Of a DNA stretch of 28,423 nt, positions 1-7,869 are shown in pieces. The stretch covers positions 1 to 28,423 of the forward strand of contig JBGPOC010000001.1 in NCBI GenBank assembly GCA_041487825.1, written 5' to 3'. Under the pieces are notes generated by a model. The model saw only the letters and a program-made list of their open reading frames with translations, was not told the origin of the DNA and did not search any database. Origin of the DNA: Candidatus Dormibacteraceae bacterium (GTDB taxonomy: Bacteria; Chloroflexota; Dormibacteria; Dormibacterales; Dormibacteraceae). Every line of letters begins with the position of its first letter. The first letter of the stretch is position 1. A program made the translations under genes and the position numbers.

Positions 1-393
1 AGCGAAGAGGACCGCAAGAGCATCATCTGGGGCCGCCACGTCACCGGGCACCCGATCGAGTACGACTACCACGACGGCACCGGTTTCGTCGGCACGGATC
101 TGAACATGGGGCCGCCGCCCTACCCGCTCGAGTACATCCTGCGCGACGCCGTCGGCCCGGAAGGCCAGTTCCACGGGAACGTCGGCCACGAGACCTCGGT
201 CATCGTCGACTACCCGTTCATCACGGGTCGCTCGACGGCGGACTCGGTCCTCACCGGCAAGATGCTGGTCGAGGTCCTGGAGGAGGGACGCCTGTACTAC
301 GGATGGCGGGGGCCTGACCGCGTCGGGACGCCGCAGGTGCCCAAGGCCACCAAGGCCAACGGGCGCAAGGTACCGGTCGCCGCCGGCTCATAA
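1..393 (+). CDS. DJ-1/PfpI (type 1 glutamine amidotransferase-like) protein, 5'-truncated by the window edge
   Basis: Frame 1 is open from base 1 (SEEDRKSIIWGRHVTGHPIEYDY...). 'GRHVTGH' and 'VIVDYPFITGRSTADS' resemble the C-terminal half of DJ-1/PfpI proteins (G+xVTG ... VvvDgxlITgr). The catalytic Cys region is outside the window. Confidence 0.6.
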   Translation, partial: SEEDRKSIIWGRHVTGHPIEYDYHDGTGFVGTDLNMGPPPYPLEYILRDAVGPEGQFHGNVGHETSVIVDYPFITGRSTADSVLTGKMLVEVLEEGRLYYGWRGPDRVGTPQVPKATKANGRKVPVAAGS

Positions 394-401
394 GGCACCC
401 G

Positions 402-2144
402 ATGGTCGTCCAGGATCAGAATGCCGCCGCTGCCGGAGCGGTGGCGCCCCGGCCGGGCCGTTACGCGCTCTTCGAGCAGCTGCGCGCCGACGGCTTCAAA
501 TTCATGTTCGGCAACCCGGGGACGGTCGAGCAGGGCTTCCTGGACACCATCGGTGAGTTTCCCGACATCTCGTACATCCTGGCGCTGCAGGAGACGATCG
601 CCGTCGGGATGGCCGACGGCTACGCCCGCGCGGCGGGCCGGCCGGCCATCGTCCAACTGCACAGCGGAGTCGGGCTCGGCAACGGGGTCGGCATGCTGTA
701 CCAGGCCAAACGCGGGCACGCGCCGCTGATCGTTTTCGCGGGGGAATCGGGCGTCGTGTACGACGCTATGGACGCCCAGATGGCGTCCGACCTCGTCGCG
801 ATTGCCCGCCCGGTGACCAAGTGGGCCACGCGCGTCGTTCACCCGTCATCGCTGCTGCGGGTCATCCGCCGAGCCATCAAGATCGCCAGCACGCCGCCGA
901 TGGGGCCGGTCTTCGTCGCTTTGCCGATGGACGTGCTCGATGACGTCACCACCGAGGCGGCCGTCCCGACCTCCATCCCGGTGACGCAGGTGGCGCCCGC
1001 CGCGGCCGAGATCGAGCAGGCGGCCCGCCTGCTGGCCCATGCGAAACGCCCCCTGGTCATCTTCGGCGACGGGGTCGCCTTCTCCGGCGGCCAGCGAGAG
1101 CTGGTGGCGGTGGCGGAGGCGCTTGGCGCCGACGTCTGGGGGGCCGACTGCTCGGAGATCAGCATGCCGAGCTCCCACCCCCAGTACCGCGGCCAGCTCG
1201 GCCACATGTTCGGGAGTCACAGCGGGCCGATCGTCGGCGCGGCCGACGCGATTCTCGTGGTCGGAACGTATCTCCTGCCCGAGGTCTTTCCGAACCTCGA
1301 GAGCATCTTCGCCCGTGACGCATCCGTGGTCCACGTCGACCTGGACGCCTACGAGATAGCCAAGAACTTCCCCGTCGATCTCGGCCTGGTCGCCGACCCG
1401 GCAGCCACCTTGCGAGCGCTGCTGCCGGCCCTGAAGTCGGCGATGAGCCCGGACGACATCGCCGGTGCAGCCTCGCGCCGAACCGCCGCAGGCGCGCGTC
1501 GAGACGACGAGGACAAACAGGCAGAGGCGGCCGACGCGGCGGCCTGGGACCAGACGCCGATGCGCCCGGCCCGCTTCATGAGCGAGCTCGCGAAGCGGCT
1601 CGGCCCGAAGAGCGTGATCTTCGACGAGGCGCTGACCAGCTCGCCCGACCTGACGCGGTACCTGTCCCCGGACCAGCCCGGCGGTTACTACCAGACAAGA
1701 GGCGGCTCGCTTGGCGTAGGCATCCCGGGCGCGATCGGCGCCAAGCTCGCACATCCGGAGCGGACCGTCATCGGCTTCACGGGAGACGGCGGGAGCATGT
1801 ACACGATCCAGGCGTTGTGGACAGCCGCCCACCACGGGATCGGCGCCAAGTTCGTCATCTGCAACAACGGCAGCTACAAGCTGCTGAAGCTGAACATCCA
1901 GCAGTACTGGCGGGAGCGCGGCATGCCCGAGCACGACTTCCCGGCGTCCTTCGACCTACTGAAGCCGGAGATCAGGTTCGACCTGATGGCGCAGTCGATG
2001 GGAGTCGGGTCGGTGCGGGTCGAGCGCCCAGACCAGATCGGGCCCGCGCTGGACGCAGCGCTGGCGGACGACAAACCGTTTCTCATCGATCTCGTCCTGA
2101 CGGACGAGGTTGCCGGGCACGGACACGTGCGTTGCGGTCAGTAA
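402..2144 (+). CDS. Thiamine diphosphate-dependent enzyme, benzoylformate decarboxylase/acetolactate synthase-like
   Basis: 580 aa. FGNPGTVE N-terminus, LQETIAVGMADGY (catalytic Glu), QLHSGVGLGN, RGGSLG and the GDGGSMY...CNNGSY ThDP/Mg motif. Confidence 0.9.
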   Translation: MVVQDQNAAAAGAVAPRPGRYALFEQLRADGFKFMFGNPGTVEQGFLDTIGEFPDISYILALQETIAVGMADGYARAAGRPAIVQLHSGVGLGNGVGMLYQAKRGHAPLIVFAGESGVVYDAMDAQMASDLVAIARPVTKWATRVVHPSSLLRVIRRAIKIASTPPMGPVFVALPMDVLDDVTTEAAVPTSIPVTQVAPAAAEIEQAARLLAHAKRPLVIFGDGVAFSGGQRELVAVAEALGADVWGADCSEISMPSSHPQYRGQLGHMFGSHSGPIVGAADAILVVGTYLLPEVFPNLESIFARDASVVHVDLDAYEIAKNFPVDLGLVADPAATLRALLPALKSAMSPDDIAGAASRRTAAGARRDDEDKQAEAADAAAWDQTPMRPARFMSELAKRLGPKSVIFDEALTSSPDLTRYLSPDQPGGYYQTRGGSLGVGIPGAIGAKLAHPERTVIGFTGDGGSMYTIQALWTAAHHGIGAKFVICNNGSYKLLKLNIQQYWRERGMPEHDFPASFDLLKPEIRFDLMAQSMGVGSVRVERPDQIGPALDAALADDKPFLIDLVLTDEVAGHGHVRCGQ

Positions 2145-2169
2145 GTCAGAAGCGAATAGGGAGGGACGG

Positions 2170-2928
2170 TTGAGCGATTTTCAAGGCAAAGTAGCGCTGG
2201 TCACAGGTGGTGGCTCGGGTATCGGGCTGGCGACAGCGGTGATGCTAGGCAAGCGTGGTGCGCGAGTCCTGGTCACCGAGCGCAACCAGGAGCATGGCGA
2301 CTCGGCGGTCAGGACCATAGAGGAGGCGGGCGGCAACGCCAAGTTCTTCCGTGCCGACCTCACCAAGAAGGAAGACATCGACGCGCTGTTCGAGCACATC
2401 GGTGAGAGCTATGGGCGCCTCGATTGCGCCTTCAACAACGCCGGCATCGCGGGCGAGCTGCAAGCGACCGCCGACGTCACCGAAGACGACTGGGACATCG
2501 CGATGAACATCAACCTGAAGAGCGTCTGGCGCTGCATGCGCCACGAGATCAAGATCATGCTGGCCGAAGGCAAGGGCTCGATCGTGAACACCGCCTCGGC
2601 CGCCGGTCTCGTCGCCCTTCCTGGGGCGGCCGCCTACGTCGTCGCCAAGCACGGGGTCGTCGGGCTGACCAAGAACGCGGCCATCGAGTACGTCAAGCAG
2701 GGCATTCGCGTCAACGCGGTCTGCCCCTCGTTCGTGGGCACGCCCCTGACGGGCGCGGTCAACGCCAAGTACCCGGACTTCGTCGCGCACGCGTTCCAGC
2801 TGCAGCCGATCGGCCGCGTGGGCACGCCGGACGAGATTGCCGAGACCGTTTGCTTTCTGCTCTCGGACGCCTCGTCGTTCACGACCGGGGCGATGATCTC
2901 CGCCGACGGCGGATACGTGGCGCAGTGA
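2170..2928 (+). CDS. Classical short-chain dehydrogenase/reductase
   Basis: TTG start at 2170 after AGGGAGGGA. TGGGSGIG, NNAGI, N-T-A-S, YVVAK (YxxxK), NAVCP and DGG motifs. Confidence 0.92.
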   Translation: MSDFQGKVALVTGGGSGIGLATAVMLGKRGARVLVTERNQEHGDSAVRTIEEAGGNAKFFRADLTKKEDIDALFEHIGESYGRLDCAFNNAGIAGELQATADVTEDDWDIAMNINLKSVWRCMRHEIKIMLAEGKGSIVNTASAAGLVALPGAAAYVVAKHGVVGLTKNAAIEYVKQGIRVNAVCPSFVGTPLTGAVNAKYPDFVAHAFQLQPIGRVGTPDEIAETVCFLLSDASSFTTGAMISADGGYVAQ

Positions 2929-2974
2929 TGAAGACAAATTCGAAGACGAGTTCCACAGAGATGGGAGGTTGCTG

Positions 2975-3823
2975 ATGCCGACGATCACCCGAGTGACCGG
3001 TGAGTTCCCGGTCTACCCAGACCACGTGCATGCCTACATCATCGAGTTCGAGAAGTCGGTGGTCATCGTCGACGGGATGTTCGCGCTCTCGAACGCGAAG
3101 GGCCTCCGCAAGCATGCCGAGACGACCGGCAAGAAGATCGAAGCCGTGGTGATCACGCATGGCCATCCCGACCACTGGCTTGGGCTGGCGGCGTTCCCGG
3201 ACATCCCCAAGCACGCCACCCAGGCGTGCATCGACTTCATGCACCGCGAAGACGACGCCAAGCACGAGGTCGCCAAGGCCATGCTCGGCGCCGACTTCCC
3301 GGAGCCGCGCGTATACCCCGACGTGGTCATCAAGGACGGGCACACGCTGAACATCGAGGGCCATTCGCTGAGGTTCATCGACCTCGGTCCAGGCGAGTCG
3401 GACGCGGATGGGTGCTGGGTCATCGACATCGACGGCCAGACGAACGCGTTCGTCGGCGACTCGATCATGAACCGCACTCACGGCTTCTTCGGCGACGGCC
3501 ACGTGTACGAGTGGCTGAAGCTGCTCGACCGGCTGGAGCTGGAGCTGCCCGACGCGAAGTACCACATAGGCCACGGCATCACTCCGGCGGACAAGGCGTC
3601 GATCGAATGGATGAAGGGCTACATCAAGCACTTCATGAAGACGCTGAAGGCGATCGGGCCGAACGTGCCCAACGACGACGCGCTGCGTAGTCGATTGGTC
3701 GCCTGGCAGCAGGAGTACCTGCCCGGCAACGAGTTCCTGTTCCTGACCACGTTCGAGCTGGAGCGCGGGGTCAACCGGATTCGCGCCGCGATGGCGGCCC
3801 AGCCGGCCGGAACCACGGCCTGA
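2975..3823 (+). CDS. Metallo-beta-lactamase-fold hydrolase
   Basis: ATG 2975 with GGGAGG at 2963-2968. THGHPDH (HxHxDH), FVGD and IGHG metal-ligand motifs. Confidence 0.88.
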   Translation: MPTITRVTGEFPVYPDHVHAYIIEFEKSVVIVDGMFALSNAKGLRKHAETTGKKIEAVVITHGHPDHWLGLAAFPDIPKHATQACIDFMHREDDAKHEVAKAMLGADFPEPRVYPDVVIKDGHTLNIEGHSLRFIDLGPGESDADGCWVIDIDGQTNAFVGDSIMNRTHGFFGDGHVYEWLKLLDRLELELPDAKYHIGHGITPADKASIEWMKGYIKHFMKTLKAIGPNVPNDDALRSRLVAWQQEYLPGNEFLFLTTFELERGVNRIRAAMAAQPAGTTA

Positions 3824-3857
3824 GCCGCAACCAACAATCCCAAGGAGAGTCGAAACC

Positions 3858-4301
3858 ATGACCGAGACCATCCAGGCGCTCACCGACCAGGAGGTCGAGA
3901 AGCTTGCGCGCGACTGGTATCACGCGCTCGACGTTCACGTGCCCATCGAGCAGCTGTGGCCGATGCTGGCCACCGAAGGATTGAGTTTTGTCTTTCCCGA
4001 GGGCGAGCGGAACGGCGTCGAGGGGTTCAGTGTCTGGTACGAGGCCGTCACGCACCGCTTCTTCGACGAGGTGCACACGGTCAAGCAGGTGAAGTCGAAG
4101 CCAAGCGGAAACGGCGCAGACGTCTCGGTGGTCGTCAACTGGCAGGCGAAGATCTGGGACGCGCCCGAGGCCAAGAGCAAGTGGCTGGGATTCGACGCCT
4201 ACCAGACCTGGGTCGTCACCCGGGGACCGGCGGGAACTCCCGTGATCCAGAAGTACGTCGTCGACTCGCTCAAGCCGATGGAGGGCTCAGCCTCCCTGTG
4301 A
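3858..4301 (+). CDS. NTF2/SnoaL-like protein
   Basis: AAGGAG RBS, 147 aa. An N-terminal helix (LARDWYHALD) is followed by a beta-rich pattern typical of the NTF2 fold. Confidence 0.7.
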   Translation: MTETIQALTDQEVEKLARDWYHALDVHVPIEQLWPMLATEGLSFVFPEGERNGVEGFSVWYEAVTHRFFDEVHTVKQVKSKPSGNGADVSVVVNWQAKIWDAPEAKSKWLGFDAYQTWVVTRGPAGTPVIQKYVVDSLKPMEGSASL

Positions 4302-4690
4302 GCACGAAGATCCGGACCACGCGCGAGGTCGTCGACGAGTATTACCAGGCTGTAAACACCGGCAACTGGGATGCCTGGCTTGCGCTCTTCAACGAGACCG
4401 TGAAGATGGACGAGCAGCTCGCGGGCCACGTCGTCGGCGCGGCGATCCTGCGCGGAGCGGTCGGCGGCCTCAAGAAGGGCTACTCCAAGTTCCTGATGCA
4501 CCCGCAGAAGATCGTCGTCGACGGCGAGTCGGCGGCGGTGATCTGGCACTGCGAGGCCGCCAACGCGGCCGGCGTGCCGATCGACGCGATCGGCGCCAAC
4601 TACTTCGAGGTGGTGGGCGGTTACATCACCTACGTCCGCACGATCCACGACACGGTGCCCTTCAAGCCGTTCACCGATCAGAAGCTGTAG
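4298..4690 (+). CDS. NTF2/SnoaL-like protein
   Basis: GTG start overlapping the upstream stop (GTGA), 130 aa. REVVDEYYQAVNTGNWDAWLALF...IVVDGESAAV...NYFEVVGGYITYVR matches the SnoaL_2 pattern. Confidence 0.75.
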   Translation: MSTKIRTTREVVDEYYQAVNTGNWDAWLALFNETVKMDEQLAGHVVGAAILRGAVGGLKKGYSKFLMHPQKIVVDGESAAVIWHCEAANAAGVPIDAIGANYFEVVGGYITYVRTIHDTVPFKPFTDQKL

Positions 4691-4694
4691 TCAG

Positions 4695-5288
4695 ATGGGA
4701 AACAACCTGAAGGGCCGCAAGATCGCGATCCTGATCGAGAGCGACTACTACGAGCCCGAGATCCATTACTACCAGCACCGGTTCGCTGAGGAGGGTGCTG
4801 AGGTTCACTTCATGAGCCGCCTCTGGGGCAACCCCAAGTTGACCTTCCTCGGCCACGAGGCGCGCATGCCTTTCGAGTGCACCGAGAGCTTCGAGGGCAT
4901 CGACGACGCCGAGCTGGCGACCTACGCCGCGGTGATCGTCCCCTCGGGCATGGTCTCCGACCGCCTCCGTTATACGGAGGACGTCACGAAGCTGCCGCCG
5001 GCCACCGAGTTCCTGCGTCGCGCCTTTGCCAACCCGAAGGTGCTCAAGGGCATCATCTGCCACGGCATGTGGCTGGTCGCCCCGACTCCTGAGCTCGTGC
5101 GCGGCCGCCGCGTCGTCGTGCACAACAACCTCCACGGGGACGCCGTGAACATGGGGGCCGTCTACGTGAACGAAGACGTTGTCGTCGACGGTGACCTGGT
5201 CACCGCCCGCACCGGCGCACACTGCCACCTCCTGGCCGGCAAAATGATCGAGCTGCTGGCCCAGCGCGCTCCCGTGGGGGCCGTCTGA
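4695..5288 (+). CDS. DJ-1/PfpI family protein
   Basis: KIAILIESDYYEPE (conserved Glu), ICHGMWL nucleophile elbow (Cys-His), VVVDGDLVTAR. Confidence 0.87.
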   Translation: MGNNLKGRKIAILIESDYYEPEIHYYQHRFAEEGAEVHFMSRLWGNPKLTFLGHEARMPFECTESFEGIDDAELATYAAVIVPSGMVSDRLRYTEDVTKLPPATEFLRRAFANPKVLKGIICHGMWLVAPTPELVRGRRVVVHNNLHGDAVNMGAVYVNEDVVVDGDLVTARTGAHCHLLAGKMIELLAQRAPVGAV

Positions 5289-5720
5289 GTGGCGGCGACA
5301 ACCTTCTCGCACATCGCCATCACCTGCGCGGACCCGCTGGCCATGGAGCGCTGGTACACGCGGCACTTCGGCTTTCGTCGTGCTCGTGTCTACGCGCCAG
5401 GGGCCGGCCAGGTCGTGATGATCAAGCGTGGCGACCTGTACCTGGAGCTCTTCCCCAAATCGAAGGAGGCGCCGGCGCCTCCGGCCGGCGCCGACGGTGC
5501 GGGTTACCCGGGCTGGCGGCACCTCGCGTTCCTGGTCGACGACCTCGACGCCAAGCTGGCCGAGATGGGCGACGACGCCCACATCAACCTCGGCCCGCTC
5601 GACATGGGCGCGTTCATCCCGGGCATGAGCTCCGTCTGGCTGGCCGATCCGGAGGGCAACGTCGTCGAGCTCAACCACGGCTACGTCGACGAAGCCGAAC
5701 CACCGGCGTTGGACGCATGA
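5289..5720 (+). CDS. VOC family protein (glyoxalase I/epimerase fold)
   Basis: GTG immediately follows the upstream TGA. Four metal ligands are present: SHIA, LELF, RHLAF and NVVEL. Ends with the DPEGNVVE motif. Confidence 0.88.
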   Translation: MAATTFSHIAITCADPLAMERWYTRHFGFRRARVYAPGAGQVVMIKRGDLYLELFPKSKEAPAPPAGADGAGYPGWRHLAFLVDDLDAKLAEMGDDAHINLGPLDMGAFIPGMSSVWLADPEGNVVELNHGYVDEAEPPALDA

Positions 5721-7858
5721 GCGCGGTCGACCCGGGCGTCCGACCCCCCTCTACCGGCAAACCGGCCGATCCCCTCGGCCCGACGATGCACCTGGTCGAG
5801 AACGGCCGCACGCACCCGCTCGGCGCCAGCCTCGACGCCCAGGGCGTGAACTTCTCTGTGTGGAGCGAGTTCGCCACCGGGGTCGAGCTTCTCCTGTTCC
5901 AGCACCACGACGACCTGGACCCGTACCAGGTCATCAAGCTGAACCCGAAGTTCAACAAGACCTTCCAGTTCTGGCACTGCTACGTCCGGGGCGTCAAGGC
6001 GGGAACCTTCTACGCCTTCCGGGTGGATGGCCCCTGGGACCTGGTGGCCGGCCAGCGCTTCAACCGCAACAAGGTCCTAATCGACCCGTACGCGCGTGCC
6101 ACCAACAGCTACCTGTGGAATCGTGGGGACGCGTGCGGTCCCGCGGACAACGTGCACACGTCGCAGCGCTGTGTCGTCGTCGACGAGAGCTACGACTGGG
6201 AGGGCGACCAGCCCCTGAACAGGCGCATGAGCGAAACGATCATCTACGAGATGCACGTGGGCGGCTTCACCAAGTCGCCGACCTCAGGCGTCGCTTATCC
6301 AGGGACCTTCGCCGGCGTGATCGAGAAGATCCCCTATCTGAAGGAGCTGGGCATCACCGCCGTCGAGGTGCTCCCGGTGTTCGACTTCGACCCGCACGAG
6401 ATCGACAAGCCGAACCCCGCGGGCGGCACCAACCTGAGCAACTACTGGGGATACAGCACAGTCAGCTTCTTCGCGCCTCATTCCCGCTATTGCGTCTCAC
6501 CGAGCTCAGGTACCCACCAGCGCGAGTTCCGCAACATGGTCAAGGCCCTTCACGAGGCGGGCATCGAAGTGATCCTCGACGTGGTTTTCAACCACACGAG
6601 CGAGGGCAACCACGAGGGCCCGATGATCAACTTCAAGGGTTTCGGGAACAGCACCTACTACTACCTCTGGCCGCCCGACCACCAGTTCTACATGGACTAC
6701 TCGGGGTGCGGCAACACGCTCAACTGCAACCACCCGATCACCGAGAAGATGATCATCGAGTGCCTCGAGTACTGGCACGAGGAGATGCACGTCGACGGCT
6801 TCCGCTTCGACGAAGGCTCGATCCTGTCCCGCGGGCCGGACGGCGCGCCGATGTCCTACCCGCCGGTTCTCTGGCACATCGAGCTGTCGGAGAAGCTGGC
6901 CGACTGCAAGATCATCGCGGAGGCCTGGGACGCGGCAGGCCTGTACCAGATCGGCTACTTCCCAGGTTTTCGCTGGGCCGAGTGGAACGGGATGTACCGG
7001 GATGGGGTGCGCCGCTTCGTGCGCGGGGACCGCGGGATCGTCGGCCTCATCGCGTCCCGCATCGCCGGCAGCGCTGACATCTACGAGCACAGCGGCCGCT
7101 TGGCCGTCAACAGCATCAACTTCATCACCTGCCACGACGGGTTCACCCTCAACGACGTGGTCAGCTACAACCACAAGCACAACGATGCCAACGGCGAAGG
7201 CAATCGCGATGGCAACGACCAGAACGACAGCTGGAACTGCGGCATCGAAGGCGAAACCGACGACCCGGAGGTCGAGGCGCTTCGACGCCGCCAGATCAAG
7301 AACTTCGCCGCGATCCTGCTGCTCTCGCAGGGCGTGCCGATGATCACGTCCGGAGACGAGGTGAGGCGAACGCAGCACGGCAACAACAACGCCTACTGTC
7401 AGGACAGCGAGCTCAGCTGGTTTGACTGGACGCTGGTGGAGAAGAACCAGGACCTGTTCCGCTTCTTCAAGCAGATGGTCAAGCTCAGGCGCCAGACCGG
7501 CGCCCTGCACCGCGTGCGATTCCTGCGCGGCGAGGTCAACGAGCGCGGGCTCCACGACATCGAATGGCACGGCTGCAGCCTCAGGTCGCCCGGGTTCGGC
7601 GACCCCTCGTCGGGGGTGCTCGCATTCACGATCGGCAACATGGTCGGCCCGGGCCCGGACCTCCACGTCGTGCTCAACATGGAAGACCAGGAGCTCGATT
7701 TCGAAACTCCGCCGATGACTGGTCGCAGCTGGTATCGACTGGTCGACACGTCGCAACCGAGCCCCGCCGACTTCTGCGACCCCGGAGACGAGGTTGCGGT
7801 CGCCGGCAACAGCATCAAGGCGGCCCCGCGCAGCGTGGTCGTGCTGATCTCAAAGTGA
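5717..7858 (+). CDS. glgX: Glycogen debranching enzyme/isoamylase (GH13, CBM48 N-terminus)
   Basis: ATGA overlap. GVNFSVWS, IIYEMHVGGFT, NYWGY, DVVFNHT, DGFRFD, AEAWD, NFITCHDGFTL, QGVPMITSGDE and NNNAYCQD motifs. Confidence 0.93.
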   Translation: MSAVDPGVRPPSTGKPADPLGPTMHLVENGRTHPLGASLDAQGVNFSVWSEFATGVELLLFQHHDDLDPYQVIKLNPKFNKTFQFWHCYVRGVKAGTFYAFRVDGPWDLVAGQRFNRNKVLIDPYARATNSYLWNRGDACGPADNVHTSQRCVVVDESYDWEGDQPLNRRMSETIIYEMHVGGFTKSPTSGVAYPGTFAGVIEKIPYLKELGITAVEVLPVFDFDPHEIDKPNPAGGTNLSNYWGYSTVSFFAPHSRYCVSPSSGTHQREFRNMVKALHEAGIEVILDVVFNHTSEGNHEGPMINFKGFGNSTYYYLWPPDHQFYMDYSGCGNTLNCNHPITEKMIIECLEYWHEEMHVDGFRFDEGSILSRGPDGAPMSYPPVLWHIELSEKLADCKIIAEAWDAAGLYQIGYFPGFRWAEWNGMYRDGVRRFVRGDRGIVGLIASRIAGSADIYEHSGRLAVNSINFITCHDGFTLNDVVSYNHKHNDANGEGNRDGNDQNDSWNCGIEGETDDPEVEALRRRQIKNFAAILLLSQGVPMITSGDEVRRTQHGNNNAYCQDSELSWFDWTLVEKNQDLFRFFKQMVKLRRQTGALHRVRFLRGEVNERGLHDIEWHGCSLRSPGFGDPSSGVLAFTIGNMVGPGPDLHVVLNMEDQELDFETPPMTGRSWYRLVDTSQPSPADFCDPGDEVAVAGNSIKAAPRSVVVLISK

Positions 7859-7869
7859 AGAGGAAGAAG

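Noticed and set aside
2975-3823. Calling the MBL-fold gene an antibiotic-resistance beta-lactamase
   Set aside because: No signal peptide, and it is embedded in a metabolic operon. The fold alone does not imply beta-lactam hydrolysis.
3956-4297. N-terminal part of the listed 244-aa ORF
   Set aside because: It is a shadow of the 3858-4301 gene. The real gene starts at GTG 4298.
7564-7869. N-terminal 102 aa of the listed 846-aa ORF
   Set aside because: It overlaps glgX in another frame. ATG 7870 after the glgX stop gives a coherent start.
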